From Spirochaetales bacterium (GTDB lineage Bacteria; Spirochaetota; Spirochaetia; ARS1246), in contig JAFGHN010000007.1 of NCBI GenBank assembly GCA_016930115.1, positions 1 through 17,332 of the forward strand: a stretch of DNA of 17,332 bases, read 5' to 3'. The position numbers and the translations under genes were made by a program. Every line of letters starts with the position of its first letter. Position 1 is the stretch's first letter. Below are positions 14,933-17,332 of this stretch, piece after piece. Under the pieces are notes generated by a model. It was not told where the DNA came from. It made no database searches and saw nothing but the letters and a program-made list of their open reading frames with translations.

Positions 14933-15721
14933 GTGAGAATAGAGGATCTTCAGCCCGGACAGGAAAATTCATACTGCATGTGTCTCGAAGAATGGTCTCG
15001 CGAGATGAAGGACGCCGGGGATAAGAAGCGATATTGGTACGAAGAAGCCAAACCGAAGGGATTGCGGGTGAAGCTTGCCGTCGATGAAAACGGGGCGGCC
15101 GCAGGAATGATACATTATATGCCGATCGAGCAGACTCATGTGAAAGGGAGGGATCTGTACTTCATCTACTGCATCTGGGTCCACGGCTACAAGGAAGGGC
15201 AGGGCAACTACCAGAAACAAGGCATCGGGACGGCGCTGCTCGAGGCCGCCGAGCAGGATGCGCGGGAGCTTGGCGCAAAGGGCATTGCCGCCTGGGGCGT
15301 GGCACTCCCTTTTTTCATGCGGGCGAGCTGGTTCAGGAAAAAAGGATACACTCGCTGCGACCGCGACGGAATTGGCGTGCTGCTTTGGAAATCGTTTTCA
15401 GAAGATGCGGTTGCGCCCGAATGGAACAGGCAAAAGAAGAAACCCCGGGGTGAGCCGGGACAGGTGACGGTGCACTCCTTTGTAAACGGCTGGTGTCCGG
15501 GGCAGAATCTGGTGCACGAACGGGCAAAGAGGGCCGCCGCAGAAATTGGCCCGCCGGTCGTTTTCAAGGAATATGAGACCGGCAAGCCGGAAATCTTTAA
15601 CGAGTGGCATATCGTCGATGCACTCTACGTTAACGGCCGGCAAGTGCGAACCGGTCCGCCGCCGTCGTATGACAAGATTAGAAGGACGATACAGAAGGCG
15701 GTGAAAAGATTACGTTTATGA
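14933..15721 (+). CDS. GNAT-family N-acetyltransferase with C-terminal YoaP-like / thioredoxin-like domain
   Basis: GNAT acetyl-CoA motif QKQGIGTALLEAAEQDARELGAKGIAAWGV. C-terminal about 90 aa (VTVHSFVNGWCPGQ...ALYVNGRQVRTGPP) resembles a thioredoxin-like fold with a single Cys. Start taken at GTG 14933, which has a strong AGGAGG RBS (14922-14927). The track start ATG 14876 is in-frame upstream but lacks an RBS and is overlapped by a TATAAT hexamer (14872-14877). Confidence 0.7.
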   Translation: MRIEDLQPGQENSYCMCLEEWSREMKDAGDKKRYWYEEAKPKGLRVKLAVDENGAAAGMIHYMPIEQTHVKGRDLYFIYCIWVHGYKEGQGNYQKQGIGTALLEAAEQDARELGAKGIAAWGVALPFFMRASWFRKKGYTRCDRDGIGVLLWKSFSEDAVAPEWNRQKKKPRGEPGQVTVHSFVNGWCPGQNLVHERAKRAAAEIGPPVVFKEYETGKPEIFNEWHIVDALYVNGRQVRTGPPPSYDKIRRTIQKAVKRLRL

Positions 15722-16521
15722 AGCTCTACCAAGTCGATTCTTTTACCACAACTCCCTTCGCAGGAAATCCGGCGGGCGTCTGTATCGTCGAAAAAGAGGT
15801 ATCCGATGAATGGATGCAGCGGCTGGCGGCCGAGATGAACCTTTCGGAAACGGCGTTTGTCCAAAGGCAGCAAAACGAACAGACGTACAGCCTGCGGTGG
15901 TTTACCCCGCTTACCGAGGTTGATCTGTGCGGCCACGCCACTCTCGCATCGGCACATATCCTCTACACGGAAGGAATGCACGATCCGTCAGACACGATCA
16001 GTTTTACAACAAAAAGCGGCGTGCTGACCGCCGCTTCGAGAGGTCATCGGATAGAATTGGATTTCCCGCTCAGGAACGTGGAGAAAGTTGGGGAGTATCA
16101 CGAATTGTCCGCGGCTCTCGGCGCGAGTCCGGTCGGCGTCTATCGGCACGTCAGTGACGAAGAGACTCTCTATCTCTTCGAGCTTTCGACTCCGGATGAG
16201 GTGAAAAGACTCAAACCGAATTTCGGCGTGATGGCCGGGACAAACGCCCAGGCCGTCATCGTTACGAGCAACGGCGGGGCCACCGGATACGACTTTGTAT
16301 CGAGGTTTTTCGCTCCCGCTATCGGCATCAACGAGGACCCGGTGACCGGGTACGCCCACTGCTACCTGGCGCCTTTCTGGGCGGCGCGTTACGGGAAGAT
16401 GAAACTCACCGGATACCAGGCTTCTCCAAGAGGCGGAGTGGTTTTCTGCTCGACCAAGGGTGACAGGGTAATTCTTGGCGGTAATGCGGTAACGGTGTTC
16501 CGTGCCGAATTGTTGGCGTGA
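15718..16521 (+). CDS. PhzF-family isomerase (phenazine biosynthesis PhzF-like / YHI9-type)
   Basis: 267 aa. Characteristic N-terminal pattern (KLYQVDSFTTTPFAGNPAGVC...NLSETAFV) including the catalytic-Glu-containing SETAF motif. ATGA overlap with the upstream GNAT gene. Confidence 0.85.
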   Translation: MKLYQVDSFTTTPFAGNPAGVCIVEKEVSDEWMQRLAAEMNLSETAFVQRQQNEQTYSLRWFTPLTEVDLCGHATLASAHILYTEGMHDPSDTISFTTKSGVLTAASRGHRIELDFPLRNVEKVGEYHELSAALGASPVGVYRHVSDEETLYLFELSTPDEVKRLKPNFGVMAGTNAQAVIVTSNGGATGYDFVSRFFAPAIGINEDPVTGYAHCYLAPFWAARYGKMKLTGYQASPRGGVVFCSTKGDRVILGGNAVTVFRAELLA

Positions 16522-16544
16522 GAGTCACAGAAAGGGAATGCGAA

Positions 16545-16561
16545 GGCCGGATTCTCCGGCC
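16545..16561 (+). other. perfect 7-bp stem / 3-nt loop hairpin GGCCGGA-TTC-TCCGGCC between phzF-like and the downstream gene; no U-tract
   Basis: Read directly. Overlaps the region just upstream of the RBS (GGTGGAGG, 16563-16570) of the next gene. It could modulate translation or stabilise the transcript; it is not a canonical terminator. Confidence 0.25.
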
Positions 16562-16579
16562 GGTGGAGGCAGAACGGTG

Positions 16580-17332
16580 ATGTTTTACGGTGTGCGAAAA
16601 ATCTGGAACACCGCTCTTTTTCAAGGCATGAACCAGAAGAAACGCTACTTCGAAGGGTGGTACTTCAAACATGTGTCTCCTCAAGGAAGGGTGTACGCGG
16701 TCATCCCCGGTGTAGCTCTGAGCGCCAATGGGAAGAATAAACTAGCCTTCATTCAGACTATCGACGGAAATACCGTGGAGACCCATTACATCACCTTCCC
16801 GTTTCAGGACTTCTCATACAGAAAGGACCGGTTTGCGGTTGTGATTGGGGACAATCGCTTCTCTGCGGAAGGTATCGAAGTTGATGTACATGACGGTGAT
16901 TTCAAGTTCAAGGCGGAATGTTCCTACGAGGGCGTTCGCGGTCTGCCGTTTTCGCTTGTCAATCCAAACGCCATGGGCTGGTATTCTTTCGTACCGTTCA
17001 TGGAGTGCTATCACGGCCTGGTGAGCATGGATCACGTTGTGAGCGGATATATTGAGATAAACGATGAGCGCATCGGATTCGAACGCGGACGGGGATACAT
17101 AGAAAAGGACTGGGGAAGATCTTTCCCGAGCTCCTGGGTCTGGATGCAGACAAACTCGTTTCGTAACAGCGGCGATTCGTTCATGCTTTCAATCGCGAGG
17201 ATCCCCTGGTTAGGGAGTCATTTCGTGGGTTTCCTCGGGTTTGTAGCCGTATCAGGCACAGTGCGCAAGTTCGCGACGTACACCGGAGCCCGGATCACCG
17301 GGTTGGACATCACTGAGGATTCGGTCCACGCA
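16580..17332 (+). CDS. tocopherol-cyclase-family protein (Tocopherol_cycl-like), N-terminal 251 codons; continues beyond window
   Basis: Frame open from ATG 16580 (GGTGGAGG RBS) to the window end. It contains the two hallmark motifs of the VTE1/tocopherol cyclase family as I recall them: FEGWYFK near the N-terminus, and EKDWGRSFPSSWVWMQTN (compare plant VTE1 EKNWGGGFPRKWFWVQCN). Confidence 0.6.
   Translation, partial: MFYGVRKIWNTALFQGMNQKKRYFEGWYFKHVSPQGRVYAVIPGVALSANGKNKLAFIQTIDGNTVETHYITFPFQDFSYRKDRFAVVIGDNRFSAEGIEVDVHDGDFKFKAECSYEGVRGLPFSLVNPNAMGWYSFVPFMECYHGLVSMDHVVSGYIEINDERIGFERGRGYIEKDWGRSFPSSWVWMQTNSFRNSGDSFMLSIARIPWLGSHFVGFLGFVAVSGTVRKFATYTGARITGLDITEDSVHA

Noticed and set aside
1-17332. 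Looked for CRISPR arrays, tRNA/rRNA genes, integrase/transposase genes, long direct or terminal inverted repeats
   Set aside because: No spaced direct repeats, no cloverleaf-compatible segments in intergenic regions, and no recombinase-like ORFs. Nothing suggests a mobile element or island boundary within this window.

Overview
This 17.3-kb window is chromosomal-looking and moderately GC-rich, with no mobile-element, CRISPR, tRNA or rRNA signatures. It is packed with transporters and stress or metal-related genes in five blocks, left to right.

- **Block 1 (1-231, +):** the 3' end of a DMT/EamA-type transporter gene.
- **Block 2 (285-6763, +):** an eight-gene plus-strand operon. A strong sigma70-like promoter (TTGACG-17-TATATT) is directly followed by a 30-bp palindrome. 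The genes are a YtrA-subfamily GntR repressor, a multi-TM SPFH/stomatin protein, two ABC-2-type ATPases, three different ABC-2 permeases and a small 2-TM protein. It resembles a ytrABCDEF-like envelope-stress exporter with an SPFH addition.
- **Block 3 (6828-11610, -):**
  - A TRAP transporter (lipoprotein DctP, DctQ, DctM) is co-transcribed with a TeaD-like universal stress protein.
  - Upstream on the same strand is a single-Cys FAD/NAD(P) disulfide oxidoreductase (NADH oxidase / CoA-disulfide reductase family).
- **Block 4 (11611-14142, +):**
  - The divergent intergenic region holds a 19-bp Fur-family (Fur/Zur/PerR 7-1-7) box.
  - It is followed by the most unusual gene in the window: a ZIP (ZupT-like) metal transporter whose TM3-TM4 cytoplasmic loop is replaced by a complete cyclic-nucleotide-binding (CAP-type) domain, and whose canonical His metal ligands are altered.
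  - Then comes a secreted beta-rich hypothetical protein.
- **Block 5 (14172-17332):**
  - A minus-strand SmtB/ArsR-family metal sensor (alpha3N-like Cys plus a perfect alpha5 DxHx10Hx2E site) with a CopZ-like HMA protein.
  - This pair is divergent, across a 10-12-10 inverted repeat, from a plus-strand operon: a YoaP-like GNAT acetyltransferase, a PhzF-family isomerase and a bacterial tocopherol-cyclase-family protein (runs off the window). This is a candidate uncharacterised small-molecule pathway under metal-sensor control.

All calls rest on motif-level reading of the translated ORFs and on intergenic sequence; no database search was possible.
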